From the NCBI GenBank assembly GCA_040006215.1, contig JBDTXM010000001.1, positions 1 to 39,429 of the forward strand: a stretch of DNA of 39,429 bases, written 5' to 3'. The notes beneath the pieces were generated by a model, which did no database searches, was not told the DNA's origin, and was given only the letters and a program-made list of their open reading frames with translations. Below are positions 15,538-23,194 of the stretch, piece after piece; within the stretch, counting starts at the first letter, position 1, and each line of letters starts with the position of its first letter. A program made the position numbers and the translations under genes. The DNA is from Acidobacteriota bacterium (GTDB lineage Bacteria > Acidobacteriota > Blastocatellia > Pyrinomonadales > Pyrinomonadaceae).

Positions 15538-17538
15538 ATGAAGCTTTTCTACAAAATCCTGTTATTTATTCTCGGTGCGATCGCAGTCGTTCCAGCCCAA
15601 TCCAAGCCAAATATCGTCGTCGCAGCGGATGGAACCGGCACAGTAAAGACCGTCCAGGAAGCAATCGCGCGAGTTCCGGAAAATAATCCCACCAGATTTA
15701 CGATCTTGATCAAACGGGGCACGTATCGCGAGCAGATCAGAATTCCAGAAAGCAAACCCTATATTACCCTCGAAGGTGAATCCGCGGAAAGAACGATCCT
15801 GACCTTTAACCTGTCCAACAAAGAGACTGGCTCAACATCTGCCGCATACGCTGCCTACATCGGCGGCCACGATTTTCAAGCGGAGAATATCACATTCGAA
15901 AACTCCTTCGGGACCGGATCGCAAGCGGTCGCCGTCCTCGCCGAAGCCGACCGACTTGTTTTTAGGCACTGCCGCTTTCTAGGCTGGCAGGACACGCTGT
16001 ATGCAAAGAACGGGCGCCAATATTATCAGGACTGCTACATCGAGGGCCATGTGGATTTTATCTTCGGCCAGGCGGCCGCGGTTTTTGACGATTGCGAGAT
16101 CCACAGCAAGGGCGACGGCTATATTGCTGCACCGATGAGGTTTGCGGCGGATGAGCCAAGTGGATTTGTCTTCTACAAATGCCGACTGACCAGCGCGAAT
16201 ACCAAAGACGGCGTTTTTCTCGGGCGCCCATGGCGCGACTATGGCCGGACGTTATTCATTGACACGCGAATGGATTCCCAGGTTCGTCCCGAGGGCTGGA
16301 ATCACTGGCTGCCCGAACGCGAAAAGACCGCTTTCCTCGGCGAATACAACTCGAGCGGTCCTGGAGCAAATGACGCCGCTCGCGTAAAGTGGTCACATTT
16401 ACTTACGAAGGCGGAAGCACAGCAATTCTACCCGGAAGCGTTTCTAAAAGGCCGCGACGGTTGGAAACCCGGTACGGCAAGCGACGACTGGCTTCGAGGG
16501 AAAGCTCCTGACTGGAAGCTCGTCTCCTGGCGCGAGGTTTTATCCCAGCCGCCGCTATGGTATCAAACCGACGAGGCCGCCCGCATAGCCGATCAAGTCG
16601 TTTTTTATCAGAAAGATAACGGCGGTTGGGAAAAGAATATTGACATGGCCTTGATGCTCACCGAAAGTGAGAAAAAGGACCTCCTACCTAAGCGGTCGGA
16701 CATCAGCGAAACTACGATCGACAACCGCACGACGTACACCCAACTCGAATATCTCGCCAAGGTCATCACGGCCAGCCTCTTAAAAACGTCGCCCCCGAAC
16801 AATTTTCCGAGATACAAGGAAGCGTTCAACCAGGGCCTCGACTATCTTTTGTCGTCGCAGTACGAAAACGGCGGCTTTCCCCAATTCTTCCCGCTAAAGA
16901 AAGGCTATTACACCCACATTACCTTCAACGACGACGCAATGATCGGCGTCCTGGAACTGTTCCGTGGTATCGCTCGAAAAACCGTTGATCTCAAATTTGT
17001 AGACGATGAAAGGCGGTCAAAAGCAGAACGGGAATTAGAAAAGGCTATTCCGCTGATCCTTAAACTACAGGTTGTTATTAGCGGAAAAAAGACCGTTTGG
17101 GCGGCCCAGTATGACGAAAATGACCTTAAACCAGCCTGGGCCAGGAAATATGAGCCGCCATCCCTGACCGCCGGCGAGAGCGTCGGCGTCGTCCGCTTTC
17201 TAATGAACGAGAAGGCAACCCCCGAAATAGCCGATGCTATCGAATCAGCGATTGCCTGGTACAGGCAAAATCGGATCGAAGGTGTTCGCTGGGTTCGAAC
17301 AGATGGCGGGAATGCCGTTGTTAAGGACAGATCGGCTCCACCGATCTGGGCACGATTTTATGAGCTCGAAACGATGAAACCCATTTTTCTTGGTCGCGAT
17401 TCGGTCATCCATTATGGCGTGTCCGAGATCGAGGCCGAGCGGCGAAACGGCTACGCCTGGTACGTGCAAACTCCGCGGGATCTTTTGGACAAGGCTTACC
17501 CCGCCTGGAAGCGCGGTTCACGTGAGATCGATCCTTGA
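15538..17538 (+). CDS. Secreted bifunctional pectinesterase (CE8) / pectate lyase (PL10, PelA/Pel-15E type) fusion
   Basis: Sec signal MKLFYKILLFILGAIAVVPAQS. All CE8 signatures are present: GTYREQI, QAVAVL, QDTLY, DFIFG and LGRPW. The C-terminal ~340 aa (YQKDNGGWEKN, TIDNRTTYTQLEYLA, ENGGFPQFFP, ITFNDDAM, WAAQYD) match my recollection of the PelA/Pel-15E family. Confidence 0.85.
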   Translation: MKLFYKILLFILGAIAVVPAQSKPNIVVAADGTGTVKTVQEAIARVPENNPTRFTILIKRGTYREQIRIPESKPYITLEGESAERTILTFNLSNKETGSTSAAYAAYIGGHDFQAENITFENSFGTGSQAVAVLAEADRLVFRHCRFLGWQDTLYAKNGRQYYQDCYIEGHVDFIFGQAAAVFDDCEIHSKGDGYIAAPMRFAADEPSGFVFYKCRLTSANTKDGVFLGRPWRDYGRTLFIDTRMDSQVRPEGWNHWLPEREKTAFLGEYNSSGPGANDAARVKWSHLLTKAEAQQFYPEAFLKGRDGWKPGTASDDWLRGKAPDWKLVSWREVLSQPPLWYQTDEAARIADQVVFYQKDNGGWEKNIDMALMLTESEKKDLLPKRSDISETTIDNRTTYTQLEYLAKVITASLLKTSPPNNFPRYKEAFNQGLDYLLSSQYENGGFPQFFPLKKGYYTHITFNDDAMIGVLELFRGIARKTVDLKFVDDERRSKAERELEKAIPLILKLQVVISGKKTVWAAQYDENDLKPAWARKYEPPSLTAGESVGVVRFLMNEKATPEIADAIESAIAWYRQNRIEGVRWVRTDGGNAVVKDRSAPPIWARFYELETMKPIFLGRDSVIHYGVSEIEAERRNGYAWYVQTPRDLLDKAYPAWKRGSREIDP

Positions 17539-17658
17539 CCCTTGTGCAACAAATGCTATATTATATAAAATGCATGTTGTGTTAATCGAAAGACCATGAT
17601 GGAGAGAGATCGAGGTGCGGCAAGAACCCTGAATACCACTGACGTGAAAAAGCGGGAA

Positions 17659-17689
17659 GTCCTACAAAAATTGTGAAAATCGTGGAACA
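17659..17689 (+). repeat. 31-nt direct repeat, copy 1 (GTCCTACAAAAATTGTGAAAATCGTGGAACA)
   Basis: 27 of 31 positions are identical to 17732..17762. It lies in the gap between the CE8-PL10 and GH28 genes. Confidence 0.8.
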
Positions 17690-17731
17690 CGCCAATGAAA
17701 ATGGGTCCTTCTAAAAGATCAAGAATAAATC

Positions 17732-17762
17732 GTCCTACAAATTTTGCGAAAAACGTGGAACA
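17732..17762 (+). repeat. 31-nt direct repeat, copy 2 (GTCCTACAAATTTTGCGAAAAACGTGGAACA)
   Basis: Second copy, ending 7 nt before the preferred GH28 start codon (17770). Confidence 0.8.
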
Positions 17763-17769
17763 GAGACAT

Positions 17770-19179
17770 ATGCATGACAGACGTGAGTTCCTCAAAACGC
17801 TTGGCGCGGGAGTCGCAGGATTCGCGGTCCTGACGCCACGTCAGGTCTTGGCGGAATCCGGCCCTTGGGACACTCAGTATCTTGAGATACTGGCTCGGAT
17901 CAAACCGCCGGTGTTTCCCCAACGCGATTTCGACATCACTAGGTTCGGGGCAAAGGCAGGCCCCGCAAATGACAGTTCCTCCGCCATCGCAGCAGCCATT
18001 GACGCCTGTGCAAAAGCAGGCGGAGGCCGGGTTGTAGTTCCGGCAGGCCAATTTCTCACCGGTGCCGTTCGTCTCAAGTCGAATGTAAATCTTTATCTTG
18101 TGAAAGACGCAGTTCTCAAATTTTTACCGGACGCTTCGAAATATCCGATCGTTGCTACCCGTTTTGAAGGAATGGAGTGCATGAATGTCTCACCATTCAT
18201 TTATGCTTTCGAGCAGGAGAACATCGGCATTACGGGTGAAGGTACGCTGGACGGCCAGGCCGGTACGGAACACTGGTGGAATTGGCACGGCAGCGCGCGA
18301 TATGGCTGGAAGGAAGGAATGCCCAATCAACGCGCGGCTCGTGTAAGGCTCTACGAAATGATGGAAAAGGGAATGCCGCTTCGGTACCGCGTATTCGGTG
18401 AGGCCGATCGTTTGCGCCCGAATTTCATCCAACCACACCGCTGTAAGAATATCCTTATCGAGGGCGTCAAGATCATAAACTCACCTATGTGGGAAATACA
18501 TCCGCTGCTTAGCGAGAATATAACCGTGCGCAAGGTATGGATCTCATCTCACGGACCCAACAACGACGGCTGCGATCCGGAAAGCTGCAAAGATGTACTG
18601 ATCGAGGATTGCACCTTTGACACCGGCGATGACTGCATCGCGATAAAATCTGGACGTAACGAAGACGGCCGCCGCGTCGGCGTGCCCACCGAGAACGTGA
18701 TCGTTCGCGGCTGTGAAATGAAGGACGGACACGGAGGCATAACTATCGGCAGCGAGATATCGGGCGGTGTGAAGAATGTTTTTGGGGAAAACTGCCGGAT
18801 GGATAGCCCAAATCTCGATCATGCGCTTCGCGTAAAGAATAATGCTGCCCGCGGCGGAATGCTCGAAAATTTCTACTTCAGAAATATCACGGTCGGCCAG
18901 GTCGCCCATGCCCTGGTCACGATCGATTTCAACTATGAGGAAGGCGCTAAGGGAGCGTTCACACCCGTAATGAGAAATTTCATGGTCGATGGCCTTAAAA
19001 GCGGCAAGAGCAAATTCGGCGTCGATATTCAGGGCCTCGACAACGCTCCGGTTTCGGACGTAAGCATATCGAACAGCACATTCGAGAACGTTTCGGATGG
19101 CAACATTGTCAAGAATCTAAAGGGTGTAAAGATCGATAATCTGCGGGTCAACGGAAAGCTCACGAACGAACTGAAATAA
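17770..19179 (+). CDS. Glycoside hydrolase family 28 (polygalacturonase/exo-galacturonosidase type) with a Tat signal
   Basis: Starting at the ATG at 17770 gives MHDRREFLKTLGAGVAGFAVL, the Tat motif RREFLK. GH28 signatures are NNDGCDP, GDDCIAIKSG, GHGGITIGSE and LRVKN. The track ORF begins at 17695, but that adds a 25-aa basic extension before the RR motif. Confidence 0.88.
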   Translation: MHDRREFLKTLGAGVAGFAVLTPRQVLAESGPWDTQYLEILARIKPPVFPQRDFDITRFGAKAGPANDSSSAIAAAIDACAKAGGGRVVVPAGQFLTGAVRLKSNVNLYLVKDAVLKFLPDASKYPIVATRFEGMECMNVSPFIYAFEQENIGITGEGTLDGQAGTEHWWNWHGSARYGWKEGMPNQRAARVRLYEMMEKGMPLRYRVFGEADRLRPNFIQPHRCKNILIEGVKIINSPMWEIHPLLSENITVRKVWISSHGPNNDGCDPESCKDVLIEDCTFDTGDDCIAIKSGRNEDGRRVGVPTENVIVRGCEMKDGHGGITIGSEISGGVKNVFGENCRMDSPNLDHALRVKNNAARGGMLENFYFRNITVGQVAHALVTIDFNYEEGAKGAFTPVMRNFMVDGLKSGKSKFGVDIQGLDNAPVSDVSISNSTFENVSDGNIVKNLKGVKIDNLRVNGKLTNELK

Positions 19180-19182
19180 GCG

Positions 19183-19917
19183 ATGAAATTGTGCTCTGCC
19201 GCTATATTTGTCTTCATGCTTTCGTTCGCCGTTTCGGCGCAGATCACGGTCTATCTGGCCGGCGATTCAACCTGTGCCAACAAAACCGCCGACAAGAGGC
19301 CGGAGACGGGCTGGGGCGAGATGCTGCAGCAATATTTTGATCCGGCTAAGGTCACGATCGTCAACGATGCTCAAAATGGCCGCAGCACCAAATCTTTTAT
19401 CGATGAAGGGCGATGGCAGGCGATCGTGGATAGGCTGAAAAAAGGCGATCTCGTTTTCATCGAGTTCGGACATAACGACGAGAAAAAAGACAAGCCAGCG
19501 GTATACGCCTCGCCGGATGATTACAAAGCGAATCTGGTCAAATTTATCAAGGAAACACGGGCCAAAGGAGCAACGCCGGTACTTTTAACACCCGTTTCGC
19601 GACGTAAATTTGAGAACGGCATTTTGGTCAAGACGCACGGTGAATACCCTGACGCGGTCAAACTTGCCGGTCGTGAGCAAGGTGTCGCGGTGATTGATAT
19701 GGAAAGCGAGAGTGCCGCAATCCTGACCCAGTACGGTGACGAGGGATCGCGTAAACTATTCCTCCAACTCAAGCCGGGTGAGAATCCCAACTATCCGAAG
19801 GGCGTCGAAGACAACACTCATTTCCGTCCCGCAGGGGCGGAAGCGATCGCAAAGCTCGTCGTCGAAGGAATACGAGAAAAGAAACTGAAGCTCCGGAAAT
19901 ATTTGAAGAGACAATGA
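19183..19917 (+). CDS. Rhamnogalacturonan acetylesterase-like SGNH hydrolase (CE12)
   Basis: Sec signal, then SGNH blocks YLAGDST, a GRS block, EFGHND and DNTHF. Its length and context match RhgT/YesT-type esterases. Confidence 0.82.
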   Translation: MKLCSAAIFVFMLSFAVSAQITVYLAGDSTCANKTADKRPETGWGEMLQQYFDPAKVTIVNDAQNGRSTKSFIDEGRWQAIVDRLKKGDLVFIEFGHNDEKKDKPAVYASPDDYKANLVKFIKETRAKGATPVLLTPVSRRKFENGILVKTHGEYPDAVKLAGREQGVAVIDMESESAAILTQYGDEGSRKLFLQLKPGENPNYPKGVEDNTHFRPAGAEAIAKLVVEGIREKKLKLRKYLKRQ

Positions 19918-21812
19918 AAAAGATCTTTTGTTTAATGCTGCTATTGCTTTTTGCGGCGGCTGCGTTCGCCCAGTCGGTTCCGCTTTCCGAACAAATGTCC
20001 CAGACTGCGATGACGCGCCTTTGGGTAGATTCCCAGAACGGAAAGGGAATTCCCGACCGCTGGAATTACGAGCAGGGCGTTGTACTTAGCGGAATGCGGA
20101 CGCTGTGGTATTCGACCGCCGATCGACAATACTACGATTTTCTCAAGAAAAGCGTCGATGCCTTTGTAAATGCCGATGGGACGATCAAAACCTATTCGAT
20201 GGACCAATACAGCCTGGACCTCGTTCGCATGGGTACGGCCGTATTGACGATGTATCGGGCAACGGGCGATGCCAAATATAAAAAAGCGGCCGACCTCCTT
20301 CGCTCGCAGCTAAAGAATCAGCCGCGAACGACCGAAGGCGGCTTTTGGCACAAGAAGATATATCCGGATCAAATGTGGTTGGACGGACTGTATATGGCCG
20401 AGCCGTTTTACGCCGAATACTCGCAGACCTTTCGTGAAGACAATTGGGACGACATCGCCAACCAGTTCATCTGGATGGAAAAGAATACCCGCGACAATAA
20501 AACCGGCCTGCTCTACCACGCTTGGGACGCATCGAAAAAGATGGGCTGGGCCAACAAGACCACCGGCCGCGCACCCATGTTCTGGGGACGGGCGATGGGG
20601 TGGTATGCGATGGCACTTGTCGATGTGCTCGATTATTTTCCGAAGAACCATCCCAGACGCGCCGAACTGATCTCGATCCTAAACCGGGAGATGACAGCCC
20701 TCGAGAAGGTTCAGGACAATAAGTCGGGTCTTTGGTGGCTGATCCTGGATAAGCCCGGCCGGGAAAAGAACTACTTCGAGGCATCGGCCGCATGCATGTT
20801 CACTTACGCTATAGCTAAGGGTGTGCGAATGGGTTATCTGCCGGGCTCGTTTATGAAGTCAGCCGATTCATCATGGGTGGGCATTCAAAAAGAGTTCCTG
20901 GAAACCAAGGACGGCGGCGTAAATTTGCTCAAGACCATCTCGGTCGCTGGCCTAGGCGGCAACCCGTACCGGGACGGCACCTATAACTACTACGTCGGCG
21001 AAAAGATAGCGACAAATGATCCGAAGGGTGTAGGAGCATTCCTGCTGGCGGCAGTCGAGATGGAAAACTCGGGCAAGGCATCGATCGGCCGAGGCAAAAC
21101 CGTTCTCTTAGACAATTATTTCAATCACGAGCTTCGCAAAGACGCTAACGGACGCGAGGAAACGTGGCACTACGTCTGGGATGAGATGGACATAAATGGC
21201 TATTCCATCTTCGGCAACGCCTTCAAAAATTTCGGTGCTTCGCTAGCGACTTTAACGGCGGCTCCCACATCGGAAGATCTCAAAAATGCTCGCGTATATG
21301 TCATCGTCGATCCCGATACGCCGAAGGAGACTGCGGACCCGAAATTCATGGACGAAAGGTCGGCTTCAGTGATCGCCGATTGGGTAAAACGCGGCGGCGT
21401 ACTCGCCGTGTTCGCCAACGATCTCGGCAACTGCGACCTCGAGCATACTAATATTCTCGTTCGTAAGTTCGGCATCGAGTTCGATCTCGACAGCATCAAC
21501 CACGTCGACGGCAGTAAATTCGAAATGGGCAAGATCTTATTACCTGCGGACAATCAGATCTTTAGGAACGCTCACACGATCTACATGAAAGAGATCTCGA
21601 CGCTGAAACTTTCACCGCCGGCCAAACCACTGCTCAATCACGGTGGGGCCGCGATAATGGCGACCGCCAAGTACGGCAAAGGCTCGGTATTCGTCGTGGG
21701 GGACCCGTGGCTCTACAATGAATACACCGATGGACGCAAACTGCCCGCTGAATACGAAAACCTGAAAGCTGGCCGCGACCTTGCAGAGTGGCTGCTCACG
21801 CAAGCGAAATGA
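19914..21812 (+). CDS. Unsaturated rhamnogalacturonyl hydrolase (GH105/YteR type) with an extra ~240-aa C-terminal domain
   Basis: Sec signal. GH105-type stretches are MWLDGLYMAEPF, YHAWD and FWGRAMGWYAMAL. Its start overlaps the CE12 stop (ATGA). Residues from ~395 to 632 lie beyond a normal GH105 length. Confidence 0.82.
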   Translation: MKKIFCLMLLLLFAAAAFAQSVPLSEQMSQTAMTRLWVDSQNGKGIPDRWNYEQGVVLSGMRTLWYSTADRQYYDFLKKSVDAFVNADGTIKTYSMDQYSLDLVRMGTAVLTMYRATGDAKYKKAADLLRSQLKNQPRTTEGGFWHKKIYPDQMWLDGLYMAEPFYAEYSQTFREDNWDDIANQFIWMEKNTRDNKTGLLYHAWDASKKMGWANKTTGRAPMFWGRAMGWYAMALVDVLDYFPKNHPRRAELISILNREMTALEKVQDNKSGLWWLILDKPGREKNYFEASAACMFTYAIAKGVRMGYLPGSFMKSADSSWVGIQKEFLETKDGGVNLLKTISVAGLGGNPYRDGTYNYYVGEKIATNDPKGVGAFLLAAVEMENSGKASIGRGKTVLLDNYFNHELRKDANGREETWHYVWDEMDINGYSIFGNAFKNFGASLATLTAAPTSEDLKNARVYVIVDPDTPKETADPKFMDERSASVIADWVKRGGVLAVFANDLGNCDLEHTNILVRKFGIEFDLDSINHVDGSKFEMGKILLPADNQIFRNAHTIYMKEISTLKLSPPAKPLLNHGGAAIMATAKYGKGSVFVVGDPWLYNEYTDGRKLPAEYENLKAGRDLAEWLLTQAK

Positions 21813-21833
21813 AAGTAGCTAGTGATAAACGAA

Positions 21834-22346
21834 ATGAATATGAAAAATATCATTATTTTAGCGATCATGTTCCTGGCGAGTGTGATCGTCGTGTCGGCCC
21901 AAAACCGCCAGCCTTCTGTAGCCACCCGCTCATTCATCGTCAAATCCGGAAAGGATCTGAACGACATTAACGAAGTCCTCGAGAAAAAGCCGGGTAACAC
22001 GGTTGAGGACATCCTGCCGCAGGCAGGTGTGCAGCTGCGAATTGCGGTTCAGCACGATGCAAAACGAGAAGGCGATCTCATTGAGCTGCACGATACGTCC
22101 GATGACATCTATTACGTGATCGACGGCGAGGCGACCTTGATGCTCGGCGGCAAACAGGATAATCCCAATGAGGTTTCCCCGGGCGAGTGGAAGAGTAAGA
22201 CCGCGACGGGCCAGCAAAAGGTCATCATCAAAAAGGGCGACCTAATCTTCGTCCCACGCGGAACCCCGCACCAGCGGACCGTCACAGGCAAGGATTTTTC
22301 CATGATATTGATCAAGATATTTGCCGACGCGCAGCCAGTAAAATAG
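21834..22346 (+). CDS. Secreted cupin-domain protein
   Basis: Signal peptide MNMKNIIILAIMFLASVIVVSAQ. The cupin core is ELHDTSDDIYYVIDGEATL...GDLIFVPRGTPHQ. The start is ambiguous: GTG 21822, ATG 21834 or ATG 21840. Confidence 0.7.
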   Translation: MNMKNIIILAIMFLASVIVVSAQNRQPSVATRSFIVKSGKDLNDINEVLEKKPGNTVEDILPQAGVQLRIAVQHDAKREGDLIELHDTSDDIYYVIDGEATLMLGGKQDNPNEVSPGEWKSKTATGQQKVIIKKGDLIFVPRGTPHQRTVTGKDFSMILIKIFADAQPVK

Positions 22347-22417
22347 GCGTCATGCTGGTTTTTCGACAAAAAACTACCTTCGGACTATAATCGCGGAACA
22401 GAATGTCCTGTTAACTA

Positions 22418-23194
22418 ATGAGAAGAACCAAACCTGACATCTTCAAGTCCCTGCTTTCCGAAAATAACGGAAATACCGCCGAGGGTGTCGTCGTCCAGCT
22501 CCGCGATATGATCCATCGCGGCGAGCTCGTGTCAGGTGACCGCCTGCCGCCCGAGCGCGACCTCGCAAAACTCCTGGGAGTCAGTCGGCCGACGCTGCGT
22601 GCAGGTATTCGATCACTCACAACCGTAGGCATACTCCAATCCCGCCAAGGTGCTGGAACATTTGTTGCCGAACGTGACGAATCGCCAACGCTAGACGGAA
22701 GCCCGCTGCGGATGATGGCGGCTCTGCATGGATTTACGTCCGACGAGATGTTCGAAGCGCGGCTCGCGTTAGAAATGAGCATTGCGGGACTAGCCGCAAC
22801 GCGTGCAACGCCCGAGCAAGTCACCCTCATGAGCGAAGAGATCGCAGGGATGTTTTCGACGCTGGACGACCCGGAAAAATATCTGGTTCACGACATGCGT
22901 TTTCATCAGACGATCGCGGCTGCCTCGGGCAACCGCATTCTGACTTCGCTGATGAACATGATCGCGACGATACTCTACGACACCCGCAGCAAGACCGTTA
23001 AGCGGGCCAGGGACCTCAAGCAATCGGCCGAGCAGCATCAGAATATTTATCGCACTATGCGCGAACGCGATGCTGAAGCCGCCCAACAGGCAATGCACGA
23101 CCACCTAGTTGAAACTCAGAAAGCTCAACGGCTTGAAGAAGAGAACGCCGCCATCCAAGCGATGGCCGACGGCCAAAACGGAACCGCAAAATGA
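22418..23194 (+). CDS. GntR family transcriptional regulator, FadR (FCD) subfamily
   Basis: The N-terminal wHTH is LPPERDLAKLLGVSRPTLRAGIRSL. The C-terminal domain is all-helical FCD-type (FEARLALE..., HQTIAAASGN, EHQNIYRTMRERD). Confidence 0.9.
   Translation: MRRTKPDIFKSLLSENNGNTAEGVVVQLRDMIHRGELVSGDRLPPERDLAKLLGVSRPTLRAGIRSLTTVGILQSRQGAGTFVAERDESPTLDGSPLRMMAALHGFTSDEMFEARLALEMSIAGLAATRATPEQVTLMSEEIAGMFSTLDDPEKYLVHDMRFHQTIAAASGNRILTSLMNMIATILYDTRSKTVKRARDLKQSAEQHQNIYRTMRERDAEAAQQAMHDHLVETQKAQRLEEENAAIQAMADGQNGTAK

Noticed and set aside
17539-17600. AT-rich imperfect inverted repeat (ACAAATGC ... GCATgTTGT) after the CE8-PL10 stop, as a possible terminator.
   Set aside because: The stem is only ~8 bp with a bulge, the loop is 15 nt and very AT-rich, and no U-tract follows. 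The evidence is too weak to call.
17659-17762. The repeat-spacer-repeat geometry (31-nt repeats, 42-nt spacer) looked superficially like a mini CRISPR array.
   Set aside because: There are only two copies, they are imperfect (27/31) and AT-rich, they have no internal palindrome and no cas genes are in the window. They sit in a promoter/5' UTR position, so I reported them as regulatory direct repeats.
17695-17769. The longer GH28 start at 17695 given by the ORF track.
   Set aside because: It would add a 25-aa highly basic segment (MKMGPSKRSRINRPTNFAKNVEQRH) ahead of the RR motif and would place a direct-repeat copy inside the CDS. The ATG at 17770 gives a textbook Tat leader.
22357-22375. GTTTTT-CGACA-AAAAAC hairpin after the cupin gene, as a possible terminator.
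   Set aside because: A six-bp stem that is almost entirely A-U, with no trailing U-run. It is thermodynamically marginal.
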